NCBI GenBank assembly: GCA_041645215.1
Contig: JBAZQK010000001.1
Coordinates: 54,091-118,090, forward strand
Length of the DNA: 64,000 nucleotides
DNA from: Patescibacteria group bacterium
Lineage (GTDB): Bacteria; Patescibacteriota; Patescibacteriia; Veblenbacterales; UBA10138
Reading direction: 5' to 3'
Below are positions 27,318-36,232 of this stretch, one piece after another; positions within the stretch are counted from its first letter, which is position 1; each line of letters begins with the position of its first letter. A program made the translations under genes and the position numbers. The notes beneath the pieces are model-generated. The model did no database searches and was not told where the DNA came from. It worked only from the letters and a program-made list of their open reading frames with translations.

Positions 27318-27568
27318 ACATTATTTTAATCCCAGACTTATTAATATAAGATGAGCTGGGATTTTTATTATGAATAGCCCTTGAACTCTACTTTATTATT
27401 TATATAATCCCTAGCTAGATATTTGAGTAATCTATTTGCTCCCCCGCTCCCTTGCCAAAGTTTAAGCTTTGTGGTAGATTGGTGGCGCATTATTATTAAC
27501 CGACGTTAACTTTGGTTGGCGGATTTATCCACCTCGACTAGACTAGCGTTTATAAGGAGAGCAATATC

Positions 27569-27898
27569 ATGCTCGACAAAGACAGCAAGGATAAGATAAT
27601 TAAAAAGTTTAAAATTCACGACCAGGACACCGGGTCGGCGGAAGTGCAAATTGCCATTTTGACCGAGGAGGTTAAACGTTTAACCGAGCATTTGCAAAAC
27701 CACAAAAAGGATTTTTCCTCGCGCCGCGGTTTGATTAAAAAGGTGGGACAGCGTCGCCGCTTACTTAAGTTTTTGCAGCGTGATAATTTGGAAAGCTTTC
27801 AGCAAATAGTAAAAAAACTTAAATTAAAAGTTAAGATTTCGGCCGTGGCCGACAGTTTAGGTGAGGTCGCCGAGGAAGAAGTACCAAACGAAGAGTAA
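27569..27898 (+). CDS. rpsO: 30S ribosomal protein S15 with a short acidic C-terminal extension.
   Basis: TGSAEVQIAILTEEVKRLTEHLQNHKKDFSSRRGLIKKVGQRRRLLKFL matches the S15 consensus. Confidence 0.85.
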   Translation: MLDKDSKDKIIKKFKIHDQDTGSAEVQIAILTEEVKRLTEHLQNHKKDFSSRRGLIKKVGQRRRLLKFLQRDNLESFQQIVKKLKLKVKISAVADSLGEVAEEEVPNEE

Positions 27899-27900
27899 GC

Positions 27901-28449
27901 TTGGATAGTGAAATTATGTTAAAACATAAAGATCAACGAGTTGGCGTATTTATTGACGTGCAAAATATGTATTATTCGGCCCGTAATTTATACGGGGCGC
28001 GGGTGAATTTTGGTAATATTTTGGAACAAGCCGTATCAGGCCGTAAATTGATTCGGGCCATTGCTTATGTTATCAAGGCCGAGGCGCCGGAAGAGGTCAA
28101 GTTTTTTGAGGCCTTGGACAAACAGGGTTTTGAATTAAAAATGAAAGATCTGCAGGTGTTTGTCGGTGGCGCCAAAAAAGGTGATTGGGATGTGGGGGTG
28201 GCGATTGACGCTATCTCAATGGCGCCCAAATTGGATGTAATAGTTTTAGTGACCGGTGACGGCGATTTTGTGCCCTTGGTGCAGTTTTTACAATTTTTGG
28301 GTCAGCGGGTTGAGGTAATTGCGTTTGGCGACACGGCCTCCGCCAAGTTAATTGAGCAGGCCGATGATTTTTTTGACTTGGCAACCCAGCCGAATAAGTA
28401 CTTGTTTCATTCCAGCGTTATTGATAAAAATAAAAATGTAAAAAAATAA
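27901..28449 (+). CDS. NYN-domain protein (LabA/DUF88, PIN-like putative RNase).
   Basis: VGVFIDVQNMYYSAR...DWDVGVAIDAI...DVIVLVTGDGDFVPLVQFLQFLGQRVEVIAF is the NYN/LabA signature. Confidence 0.75.
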   Translation: MDSEIMLKHKDQRVGVFIDVQNMYYSARNLYGARVNFGNILEQAVSGRKLIRAIAYVIKAEAPEEVKFFEALDKQGFELKMKDLQVFVGGAKKGDWDVGVAIDAISMAPKLDVIVLVTGDGDFVPLVQFLQFLGQRVEVIAFGDTASAKLIEQADDFFDLATQPNKYLFHSSVIDKNKNVKK

Positions 28450-28656
28450 AGCTCCGCGGGTTTATCCAGCCTTCGTCCTCCCAAGGAGGACGGAGGCGAA
28501 TAAGTTTTCATAATTATTAACGGTAATAAATAGTAATCTAGCGAATTGCGGGTTATTTGAAGAGAGGTGGTTTAAGGTTTTTGGCTTAAATTAACTCCTT
28601 TCAAATAACTATCCGCGGCGCCGGTTGACTGTTCAGTACCAAAGAAAGGATAGTTT

Positions 28657-30861
28657 ATGTCACAAGTTAAGAGTTTTGAGCGCGAGGTGGCTGGCCGCAA
28701 ACTTACCGTTGAGTTTGGCAAGTTAGCCGGTCAGGCGCATGGCGCCTGCACTGTTCGTTACGGCGATACAGTTGTTTTAGCGACGGCGGTTCAGGCTGAA
28801 ACACCGCGCGAGGGAATAGATTATTTCCCCTTGATGGTTGATTATGAGGAGCGGCTCTACGCGGCGGGCAAGATTAAGGGTTCACGTTTTATAAAACGTG
28901 AAGGTCGTCCAACTGATGAAGCGATTTTGACCGGGCGTTTAATTGATCGTTCGTTGCGCCCATTGTTTCCGGAAACGGAACGGCGCGATGTACAGGTAAT
29001 GGTAACGGTGTTGTCGGTTGATCAGGAAAATTCCGTGGACGTGGTGGCTTTGTTAGGGGCCTCGTTGGCCCTGGCCGCTTCGCCAATCAATTGGGGCGGT
29101 CCGGTGGCCGCGGTGCGGGTCGGGCGGATTAACGGCGAATGGGTAATTAATCCATCACATACCGCTCGCGCCAAGTCAGATTTAGAAGTTTTTGTTACCG
29201 GTACCGCGGATGAAGTGGTAATGATTGAAGCGGCGGCTCAGCAAATTCCCGAAGCGGTAATGGCGGAGGCAATTGAGTTTGGTCATAAGCAGGTGGCGCG
29301 ACTTCTGCCTTTTATTAAGGAGATTATTGCGGTCGTCGGGCAAGCCAAGCCCGCCGCGATGGCAATAGAGGCCGCGACGGTTGAGGCCCAAGTCAAGTTG
29401 CGCGCCAAAGTGGACGGGTATTTGCAAGGTAAATTTGAGCCTTTGTTCGCGGCTCGCGCCAAGTCAGATTATCGCTCGATTTTAAAAAAGATACAGACTG
29501 ACTTGGATGAGGTATTAAAGGCGGACAACGAAGTGTCCAAGGAAGATCGAGCGCTCGGTTTAAATATGGTTCAGGAATATTTAGATAAGGCGGCGCGTCA
29601 ATTAGTCTTAGATAAAGGAATTAGAGTTGACGGTCGCCGGATTGACGCCATTCGTCCTCTTGCCGCCGAAGTTGGGGTGTTGCCCCGCACTCATGGCACT
29701 GGTTTATTTCAGCGCGGCGAAACTCAAGTGTTATCAATTGTAACTTTAGGTTCACCCGGCGACGAGCAGACTTTAGATGGTATGGAAGAAGACGGCAAAA
29801 AACGTTTTATGCATCATTATAATTTCCCCGGCTTTTCCGTGGGCGAGACTAAGCCGGTTCGTGGACCAGGACGGCGTGAAATTGGTCATGGCGCTTTGGT
29901 GGAAAAAGCCTTGTTACCGGTTATACCAACTGACAAAGCCACCTTCCCCTACACAATTCGGGTGGTGTCGGAAGTTTTATCCTCCAATGGTTCATCGTCG
30001 CAAGCTTCAATTTGCGGTTCCAGTTTGGCTTTGATGGACGCCGGCGTGCCGATTAGCGCGGCGGTCGCTGGAATTGCGATGGGTTTGATAATTGATTTAA
30101 ACAACAAGTCGCGTTACGCCATCTTAACCGATATTCAAGGAATTGAGGATTACTCCGGCGATATGGATTTTAAAGTGGCCGGCACGGCGGCGGGGGTGAC
30201 CGTGATTCAATTGGATATTAAACTCGGCGGCATCGCGCTAACGATTGTTAAGGAAACTTTGTTGCGCGCCGGCCAGGACCGCGCCAAAATTTTGGATGTT
30301 ATGAACGCGGTAATCAGCGCCCCCCGTCCGGAGTTGTCGCCCTACGCGCCGCGGATTGTGTCGTTCCATATTCCAGTTGACCGAATTCGCGACGTTATCG
30401 GCCCCGGCGGTAAAATGATAAATGAGATTATTGATGTCACCGGTGTAACCATAGATATTGAGGATGATGGTTTGGTTATGATAACGTCCGTTAGTTCGGA
30501 GGCATCGCAAAAAGCTATTGACTGGATTAAGAATTTAACCCGTGAAGTTAAGGCGGGAGAGGTTTTTACCGGCAAGGTTACCAGACTAATGAATTTTGGC
30601 GCCTTTGTGGAGATTCTGCCTAAACAAGAAGGCCTGGTTCACATATCAGAATTGGCTTGGCGGCGCGTTAACAATGTTGAGGATGTAGTTAAAGTTGGCG
30701 ATACGCTAGAGGTCAAGGTGGTAGAGATAGATGATATGGGGAGGATTAATTTGTCGCACAAGCAAACTATGCCTACACCAGAGGGCTATGACGAATCAAA
30801 CAATGGTTTTGATGACCGTCGCCACAGCCAGCCTCATCGCGGCGGACAGCGACGTTATTAA
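28657..30861 (+). CDS. pnp: Polyribonucleotide nucleotidyltransferase (PNPase).
   Basis: Two RNase PH domains, KH and S1 domains. GKLAGQAHGACTVRYGDTVVL, GRREIGHGALVEKAL and the C-terminal S1 segment GEVFTGKVTRLMNFGAFVEI all match. 734 aa. Confidence 0.95.
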   Translation: MSQVKSFEREVAGRKLTVEFGKLAGQAHGACTVRYGDTVVLATAVQAETPREGIDYFPLMVDYEERLYAAGKIKGSRFIKREGRPTDEAILTGRLIDRSLRPLFPETERRDVQVMVTVLSVDQENSVDVVALLGASLALAASPINWGGPVAAVRVGRINGEWVINPSHTARAKSDLEVFVTGTADEVVMIEAAAQQIPEAVMAEAIEFGHKQVARLLPFIKEIIAVVGQAKPAAMAIEAATVEAQVKLRAKVDGYLQGKFEPLFAARAKSDYRSILKKIQTDLDEVLKADNEVSKEDRALGLNMVQEYLDKAARQLVLDKGIRVDGRRIDAIRPLAAEVGVLPRTHGTGLFQRGETQVLSIVTLGSPGDEQTLDGMEEDGKKRFMHHYNFPGFSVGETKPVRGPGRREIGHGALVEKALLPVIPTDKATFPYTIRVVSEVLSSNGSSSQASICGSSLALMDAGVPISAAVAGIAMGLIIDLNNKSRYAILTDIQGIEDYSGDMDFKVAGTAAGVTVIQLDIKLGGIALTIVKETLLRAGQDRAKILDVMNAVISAPRPELSPYAPRIVSFHIPVDRIRDVIGPGGKMINEIIDVTGVTIDIEDDGLVMITSVSSEASQKAIDWIKNLTREVKAGEVFTGKVTRLMNFGAFVEILPKQEGLVHISELAWRRVNNVEDVVKVGDTLEVKVVEIDDMGRINLSHKQTMPTPEGYDESNNGFDDRRHSQPHRGGQRRY

Positions 30862-30879
30862 GGCTGGCTATAGTTAAAA

Positions 30880-30911
30880 GGTGTCACGGGTAAATCCGTG
30901 GCACCTTTTCC
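30880..30911 (+). terminator. Rho-independent terminator after pnp.
   Basis: ggtgtcacgggtaaatccgtggcacc followed by ttttcc. Confidence 0.5.
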
Positions 30912-31138
30912 AACGGTCCGAGTGGGGTATGCATCCTGCTCACGGCGGGACGCAGCTTCATTCATCAGAAAGGTAAACCTGGAGTACAAAGGCGGAGCCC
31001 CGCTTAGTGGGGCAGAGGTGGATAGTATTTTAACAAGTCAATGGTTTGTGGATAACTTGTTAAAAGTGTGGATAATGAGTAAAATTGTTGCTCACCATAT
31101 TTTATTGTTTTTGTTTAATATTAGCTAAAATTAGCCCA

Positions 31139-31167
31139 TTGACCTAAGTCAAAAAGTATGCTATACT
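31139..31167 (+). promoter_or_regulatory. Near-consensus sigma70-type promoter: TTGACC, 17-nt spacer, TATACT.
   Basis: ttgacctaagtcaaaaagtatgctatact. It lies in a 700-bp gene-free interval about 340 nt upstream of a terminator hairpin. Confidence 0.35.
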
Positions 31168-31506
31168 ACTTATGTTAATTAAAAAGGGATGGCATTTAAG
31201 GCTTACGCCATAAACATTGTTTAGGGCTTAATCCTTCCCTACTTTCCTTTTTACCGCTAACTGGTGGCGGGAATAAATTAAAATTAAAAATTTTTAAAAC
31301 AAAAATAAAAAAACGGCAGCTATCTATATGGTAGACTGACCATACGGAAGGTGGGAAATTGCGCAGACCCTTTAAAAATTAGCCAGTGTGCGCGCCTAAG
31401 GTGCTCTAAGGATTCACCCTAATAAACTACTTTATATAATAATTGTGGTTTATAGGTAGGAAGAGCATCGTATTAAGCGCCAGTCTCGCCATTTACTTAT
31501 AATTTT

Positions 31507-31535
31507 TAAAGGGCGCCATGATTGGCGCTTTTTAG
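31507..31535 (+). terminator. Rho-independent terminator hairpin, possibly the 3' end of an sRNA started at the 31139 promoter.
   Basis: aaagggcgccatgattggcgcttttt. An extended -10 promoter (tgctataat at 31573-31581) for the DksA-like gene follows. Confidence 0.4.
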
Positions 31536-31604
31536 TTTGCTTAGTCCTTTTCCGGCAGCGCATAAAATGCTATAATAGCGCTATCTTAAATTTATAGTTT
31601 ATTT

Positions 31605-31976
31605 ATGGACAAATCGTTTATTGCTGAAATGAACCAAATACTTGTGAAAACCAAGGCTAAGCTGGGAGCCGAGTTGGTACAATTTGGTCAGCCCCAAACT
31701 CGTTCGGGGCATGAGCTTGAAGCCAGTTTCCCTGACTACGGTGATAAAGACGATGAGAACGCGGCCGAGATTGCGACCTTTTCTGACAATTTAGCTCTTA
31801 AGCATACTTTAGAAAAGGCGTTGGATGATGTGGTGAAAGCTTTGGCGAGAATTGGCAGTGGCACTTACGGAGTTTGTAAATATTGTGGACAGGAAATTGA
31901 TGTTCGTCGCTTACGGGCGCGGCCGGAATCAAGTTCATGTGTGGCCTGCAAGATCAAGCAGTTGCATAAAAAATGA
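31605..31976 (+). CDS. DksA/TraR-family C4 zinc-finger protein.
   Basis: The C-terminal CKYCGQEIDVRRLRARPESSSCVACK four-Cys finger is typical of DksA/TraR. Confidence 0.7.
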   Translation: MDKSFIAEMNQILVKTKAKLGAELVQFGQPQTRSGHELEASFPDYGDKDDENAAEIATFSDNLALKHTLEKALDDVVKALARIGSGTYGVCKYCGQEIDVRRLRARPESSSCVACKIKQLHKK

Positions 31977-32413
31977 AGCGACCAGTTGGTTTATTCAGCA
32001 ATTGGTGGTGGGCCGTAATATTATTCGCAGTTGACAGAGTACTCAAGCGCCTGGCTTACAATGAATTAATATCCGATCAGGGAGGGCTTTTTTATTTGAC
32101 TTTAAAAATTAACACGCAGGCGGTTTTTAGTTGGCCGGTAGCGAATGGAGTGATTCAATTGCTTGGTTGGGCGGCGGCGGCAGTGGTGATAGCGGCAATG
32201 GTTAAGGGGCGCGAGCGCTGGGAGCCGTTGACCCGCTTTGGCGGGCAGTTGATTATAGTGGGCGGTGTCAGTAATTTATTGGATCGTTTTTATTACGGCG
32301 GCGTGATTGATATATTGGCGGCTTTTAATAATTTATATTTTAATTTAGCCGATGTTTATTTATTAGGCGGCGCGGCGTTGCTAATTGTCAGTAAAAGAAT
32401 TCGGTTAATTTAA
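31973..32413 (+). CDS. lspA: Lipoprotein signal peptidase (signal peptidase II).
   Basis: VSNLLDRFYYGGVIDILAAFNNLYFNLADVYLLGGAALL carries the conserved FNxAD block. Four TM helices. The start overlaps the upstream stop. Confidence 0.8.
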   Translation: MKRPVGLFSNWWWAVILFAVDRVLKRLAYNELISDQGGLFYLTLKINTQAVFSWPVANGVIQLLGWAAAAVVIAAMVKGRERWEPLTRFGGQLIIVGGVSNLLDRFYYGGVIDILAAFNNLYFNLADVYLLGGAALLIVSKRIRLI

Positions 32414-32718
32414 ATGAATGGCAATACCGCTCCCGCCGCGGGCGTGTTTTATATGATTTATGGGTTTATCTTTACCCCAGTCAAGCTTCGGTGCAGGCTC
32501 TAAATCCTGACTGGTCCTGAATTTATTTCAGGACAGGACAGGCTTGATTCAGGAATCTCGAGAGATGCCGAAATCACCGCCGCCCTCGCCGAAGGCGAGG
32601 CTCCGCCAAATGGCGGGCCGGGGGAAACGGTGATTGGCGGGGCAAGCCACCGCCGTTAGCGGGGCAAGCAGTATGACAAAAAGCCAACCTGTAATTCCTA
32701 TTATTGTTCAATTTGTTT

Positions 32719-34242
32719 ATGTCAGCCAAGGTTTATACAGTTCATATATTTGGACTTTCAGCTATCACTATTGAAGTGGAAGCTGATATGTCGTCGCAGT
32801 TGCCCGGTATATTTATTGTGGGGTTACCCGACAAAGCTGTGGAAGAGGCGCGGGAACGTGTCCGATCGGCTTTAAAAAATTGCGATTGCGAATTTCCGCG
32901 CACTAAAGTAACTATAAATTTGGCTCCGGCGGATGTAAAAAAAGAGGGCTCGGCTTATGATTTACCGATCGCTTTAGCGTTGTTATCGGCTAGTCGCCAA
33001 CTTAAGTCGGATATTGACTGGCGCGGCGCTCTTTTTATGGGTGAGTTGTCGTTGGACGGACAATTGCGTTCGGTTCCCGGGGTGTTGGTGGCGGCGCGGG
33101 CGGCCCAGCGCTTGGGCTTTAAAAAAATTTTTGTGCCGGTAGCTAACGCGGCGGAGGCCGCCTTAGTAGATAAAGTAGAGGTTTACGCGGCCCGTGATTT
33201 ACGAGAAATATTAGCTCATTTAAGCGGACAAAAATTATTAGATCGCCAACCATTAACAGTGTTGCCGCTCGTGGCCAATTTTGTCGTTGGTGAATTTGAT
33301 TTGTTGAATATTCATGGGCAGGAGCAAGCTAAACGAACCTTGGAGATTGCGGCCGCGGGCGGTCATAATTTACTAATGTCGGGCCCGCCGGGCTCTGGTA
33401 AAACCTTGTTGGCTAAGGCTTTGGTGTCTTTATTGTCACCGTTAGGGCGCGAAGAAATAATTGAAGTAACGGAAATATACAGTGTGGCCGGGTTAATGAC
33501 AGCGTCCAAAACCATCAAAGCGACGCGGCCCTGGCGGGCGCCACACCATACGGCTTCGGAAGTATCTTTGGTGGGAGGCGGTTCAACGGTGCGGCCGGGA
33601 GAAATTTCTTTAGCTCACCGCGGGGTTTTGTTTCTTGATGAATTGCCCGAATTTCCGCGGTCAGTTTTAGAAAGTTTGCGCCAACCCTTAGAGGACGGTG
33701 TGATTACAGTTTCTCGCGCCGCCGGCAGCGTGTCGTTTCCGGCTCGATTTATTTTAGTGGCGGCGATGAATCCTTGCCCGTGCGGTTTTGCCGGTGATCC
33801 GGCTAAACCTTGTCTTTGTACTCCGGGGCAAGTGTGGCGCTATCAACGCAAACTTTCCGGCCCGTTATTAGATCGGTTTGATTTGCACGTTCAAGTGCCG
33901 CGACTGCCGTTTGAAAAGTTAGAATTACCGGGCAAAGAAACTTCGCAAATTGTGGCTAAACGCGTCCGGGCGGCGCGCGGACGCCAACAGCAGCGTTTTG
34001 GCATAGGCGTTACCAAGTTGAATTCAGCTATGAGTTTATTGGATATAAAAAAGTTGATAGTTTTACCACCATCAGCTCAAGATTTACTGCGCCAGGCGGT
34101 AAACAAGTATCATTTATCAACCCGCGTTTATCATCGCGTGTTAAAAGTAGCCCGTACGATTGCTGATTTAGCCGGTGTCTTAGACATTGACACCAGCCAC
34201 GTGGCCGAGGCGTTGCAGTATCGTCCGCGAGTTAATGAGTAG
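32719..34242 (+). CDS. comM: YifB/ComM-family Mg-chelatase-like AAA+ ATPase.
   Basis: N-terminal Lon-protease-like domain VYTVHIFGLSAITIEVEAD. Walker A is LLMSGPPGSGKTLLAKAL. A C-terminal Mg-chelatase domain follows. Start taken at ATG 32719. Confidence 0.85.
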   Translation: MSAKVYTVHIFGLSAITIEVEADMSSQLPGIFIVGLPDKAVEEARERVRSALKNCDCEFPRTKVTINLAPADVKKEGSAYDLPIALALLSASRQLKSDIDWRGALFMGELSLDGQLRSVPGVLVAARAAQRLGFKKIFVPVANAAEAALVDKVEVYAARDLREILAHLSGQKLLDRQPLTVLPLVANFVVGEFDLLNIHGQEQAKRTLEIAAAGGHNLLMSGPPGSGKTLLAKALVSLLSPLGREEIIEVTEIYSVAGLMTASKTIKATRPWRAPHHTASEVSLVGGGSTVRPGEISLAHRGVLFLDELPEFPRSVLESLRQPLEDGVITVSRAAGSVSFPARFILVAAMNPCPCGFAGDPAKPCLCTPGQVWRYQRKLSGPLLDRFDLHVQVPRLPFEKLELPGKETSQIVAKRVRAARGRQQQRFGIGVTKLNSAMSLLDIKKLIVLPPSAQDLLRQAVNKYHLSTRVYHRVLKVARTIADLAGVLDIDTSHVAEALQYRPRVNE

Positions 34243-34428
34243 CGGTTGGAATTAGAATTAAGAATTAAGAATTGCGAATTAAGCCACCCTATGGGTGGTC
34301 ACCCGAAAGGTGAAATCAAGAATTTAGGAGCACTTAATCCCCCTGAACACTTTAACACTTAAACAAATTTGAGCCAGTGATTAAGTGATCTAGTGTTCCA
34401 GTGTTCTCGTGTTTCAGTGTTATAGTGA

Positions 34429-35721
34429 TTACCTAGTGTAGTTAAGCGGGTTAGTGCGGCGATTGTATACCCGAACTTCAAAATGCACGTGTGAACCGGT
34501 GGAACGGCCGGTTGAGCCCATGGCCGCGATTTGTTGGCCACGCGCCACCCGATCACCAACCGTGGCCAGCAGTTTACTGTTGTGGCTATACAAGGTTTTA
34601 ATACCGCCGCCATGGTCAATAATAATGTAGAGTCCATAACCGCCTCTATTCCAGCCGGCCACTTCAACAATACCGTCTTCGGCGGCATAAACCGGGGTGC
34701 CGATTTTGTCAGCAATATCCAAACCAGGGTGCCGCCAGCTAAAATATTGGGTAATTCGGCGGTTGACAGTGGGCCATTGCATGCGACTTGAACTAAGGGG
34801 GGCCGAGGGGCCAAGAGTAAACTTAGATTCTGGTATTATTGTATTTACTCGGCTAGTTACGGCCGGCGGGGTGTAGATCGGTTTGGCGCCGGGAATAACC
34901 AAAGTTTGCCCCACCGTTAGTTTGCCACCTAGATTATTGAATTCGTTTATGCTGTCGGCGTTAACGCCGAATTTTTTGGCGATTTTAGAAACCGTCTCAC
35001 CTCGCCCAACCCGGTAACTAAGTCCATTGGTCGGTAAAATAGTTAATCGTTGACCAATGCGTAAAACACTGCGCAGACTTAGGCGGTTTTCCCATAATAA
35101 AGTGTTAACATTCAAGCCGTAATTTTGCGCGATGCTGGAAATAGTATCACCTGATTTGACTGCATAATATTCAATTCGTTCCCGGCCGGCCACTCCCGGT
35201 TGAGTTGTTACCAGGTAAGGTTTTAAAAAGGCGGCCCCGTCCTCGGTTAAAATAATCATCGGCTCGCCGGCGGTGTTAACATTGGTTTGACTATTATCAA
35301 CCGTAGCGCCATTAGTATCGTCAACGCCATTTTCGTTTAAAGCGCCGGGTTCGTTAAGTTGATTTAGAGGTGTGTCATAAGAGCTGGTAATTAAAGGGTA
35401 AAGTAAATTACCTTGACCAAAACTTTCGGCCGCTTGGGTTTGGGTAGCTAGGTTTTGCCAACTTACCAAAGCTCCAATTAGTATAATTAAATATAAAACA
35501 ACGGCATGATGGCGGAGCAAATATGTTATATTAAAACCATCTTCTAAGTTTTTGAACCAGCGTTGCCAGCGTAGACTAATGTTGTATGGTTTAATAATAA
35601 ACCAGCGCCACCATATTTTAGCTAGCGGTTTAATTATTTTACTGTATAACAAAACTAGAGATCGTGATGATCTCTGCGGAGTTTTTAGCCAGCGTATGAT
35701 CCATAGGGCCAGCTGCCACAA
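34429..35721 (-). CDS. Peptidoglycan hydrolase with two LysM domains and a C-terminal M23 metallopeptidase.
   Basis: LysM domains are YAVKSGDTISSIAQNYGLN and YRVGRGETVSKIAKKFGVN. M23 motifs are HPGLDIA...GYGLYIIIDHGGGIKTLYSH...GSTGRSTGSHVHFEV. Confidence 0.85.
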   Translation of the reverse strand: MWQLALWIIRWLKTPQRSSRSLVLLYSKIIKPLAKIWWRWFIIKPYNISLRWQRWFKNLEDGFNITYLLRHHAVVLYLIILIGALVSWQNLATQTQAAESFGQGNLLYPLITSSYDTPLNQLNEPGALNENGVDDTNGATVDNSQTNVNTAGEPMIILTEDGAAFLKPYLVTTQPGVAGRERIEYYAVKSGDTISSIAQNYGLNVNTLLWENRLSLRSVLRIGQRLTILPTNGLSYRVGRGETVSKIAKKFGVNADSINEFNNLGGKLTVGQTLVIPGAKPIYTPPAVTSRVNTIIPESKFTLGPSAPLSSSRMQWPTVNRRITQYFSWRHPGLDIADKIGTPVYAAEDGIVEVAGWNRGGYGLYIIIDHGGGIKTLYSHNSKLLATVGDRVARGQQIAAMGSTGRSTGSHVHFEVRVYNRRTNPLNYTR

Positions 35722-35896
35722 AATATTTTCTAATCGTCGGTTTATAAGGGGTATCCTTTTTTAAGCCCGCCAGTCTGGTTTGGCAAAAAAGCAGCAGCGC
35801 TGGTTTTAGCTGACTTAAATTAAACTCGCCACAAGCGAGCCTAAATTTACCATTTTAGGGTACTTTGGTCAATGTAGCGAATTAGTTTTAAAAATA

Positions 35897-36077
35897 TAAG
35901 AGATGGTTTCAAAACCCTTTTCGTGGCGTCCGTAAGGTGGATTGAACGAGACAAGGAAGATGAGCAAAATACCCGGAAACGTAGCAGTAGCTACGATGAG
36001 GACATTTTGGGAAATCTGACGCAGTCGCAGTCAAAAAACAGAGATTGCAGCAGAAATAGGGTTTTGAAACCATCTCA
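35897..36077. repeat. 181-bp element bounded by a perfect 18-bp inverted repeat upstream of leuS, a candidate leader RNA or MITE.
   Basis: gagatggtttcaaaaccc at 35897-35914 and gggttttgaaaccatctc at 36060-36077. The interior contains additional short stems. No T-box consensus is recognisable. Confidence 0.4.
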
Positions 36078-36232
36078 TAGTACGCTTGGTTAAGTTGTCG
36101 TTTGTAGGGTTAAAATGTTAGTATAAAATATAGCTATCAATTATAATTCTTTTACCCTCCTCCGCCCCGCTGAGCTCCGGCTCCGCCGTAGTCCGGCGCG
36201 GTATCTTCAGTGATCTAGTTGGTAATTAATAT

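Noticed and set aside
30898-31128. 76-aa ORF after pnp.
   Set aside because: It overlaps the pnp terminator and a ccccgcttagtgggg hairpin module. No start context. Probably non-coding.
31175-31535. tmRNA, RNase P RNA or SRP RNA in the pnp-dksA spacer.
   Set aside because: It lacks tRNA-like ends with GGTTCGATTCC, a GTCCGG P4 motif, or the SRP domain-IV GGAA...AGCAG pattern. I keep it only as an unclassified sRNA candidate.
35880-36232. T-box riboswitch upstream of leuS.
   Set aside because: No AGGGUGGNACCGCG T-box sequence or specifier-loop architecture found. The region is dominated by an 18-bp inverted-repeat-bounded element.
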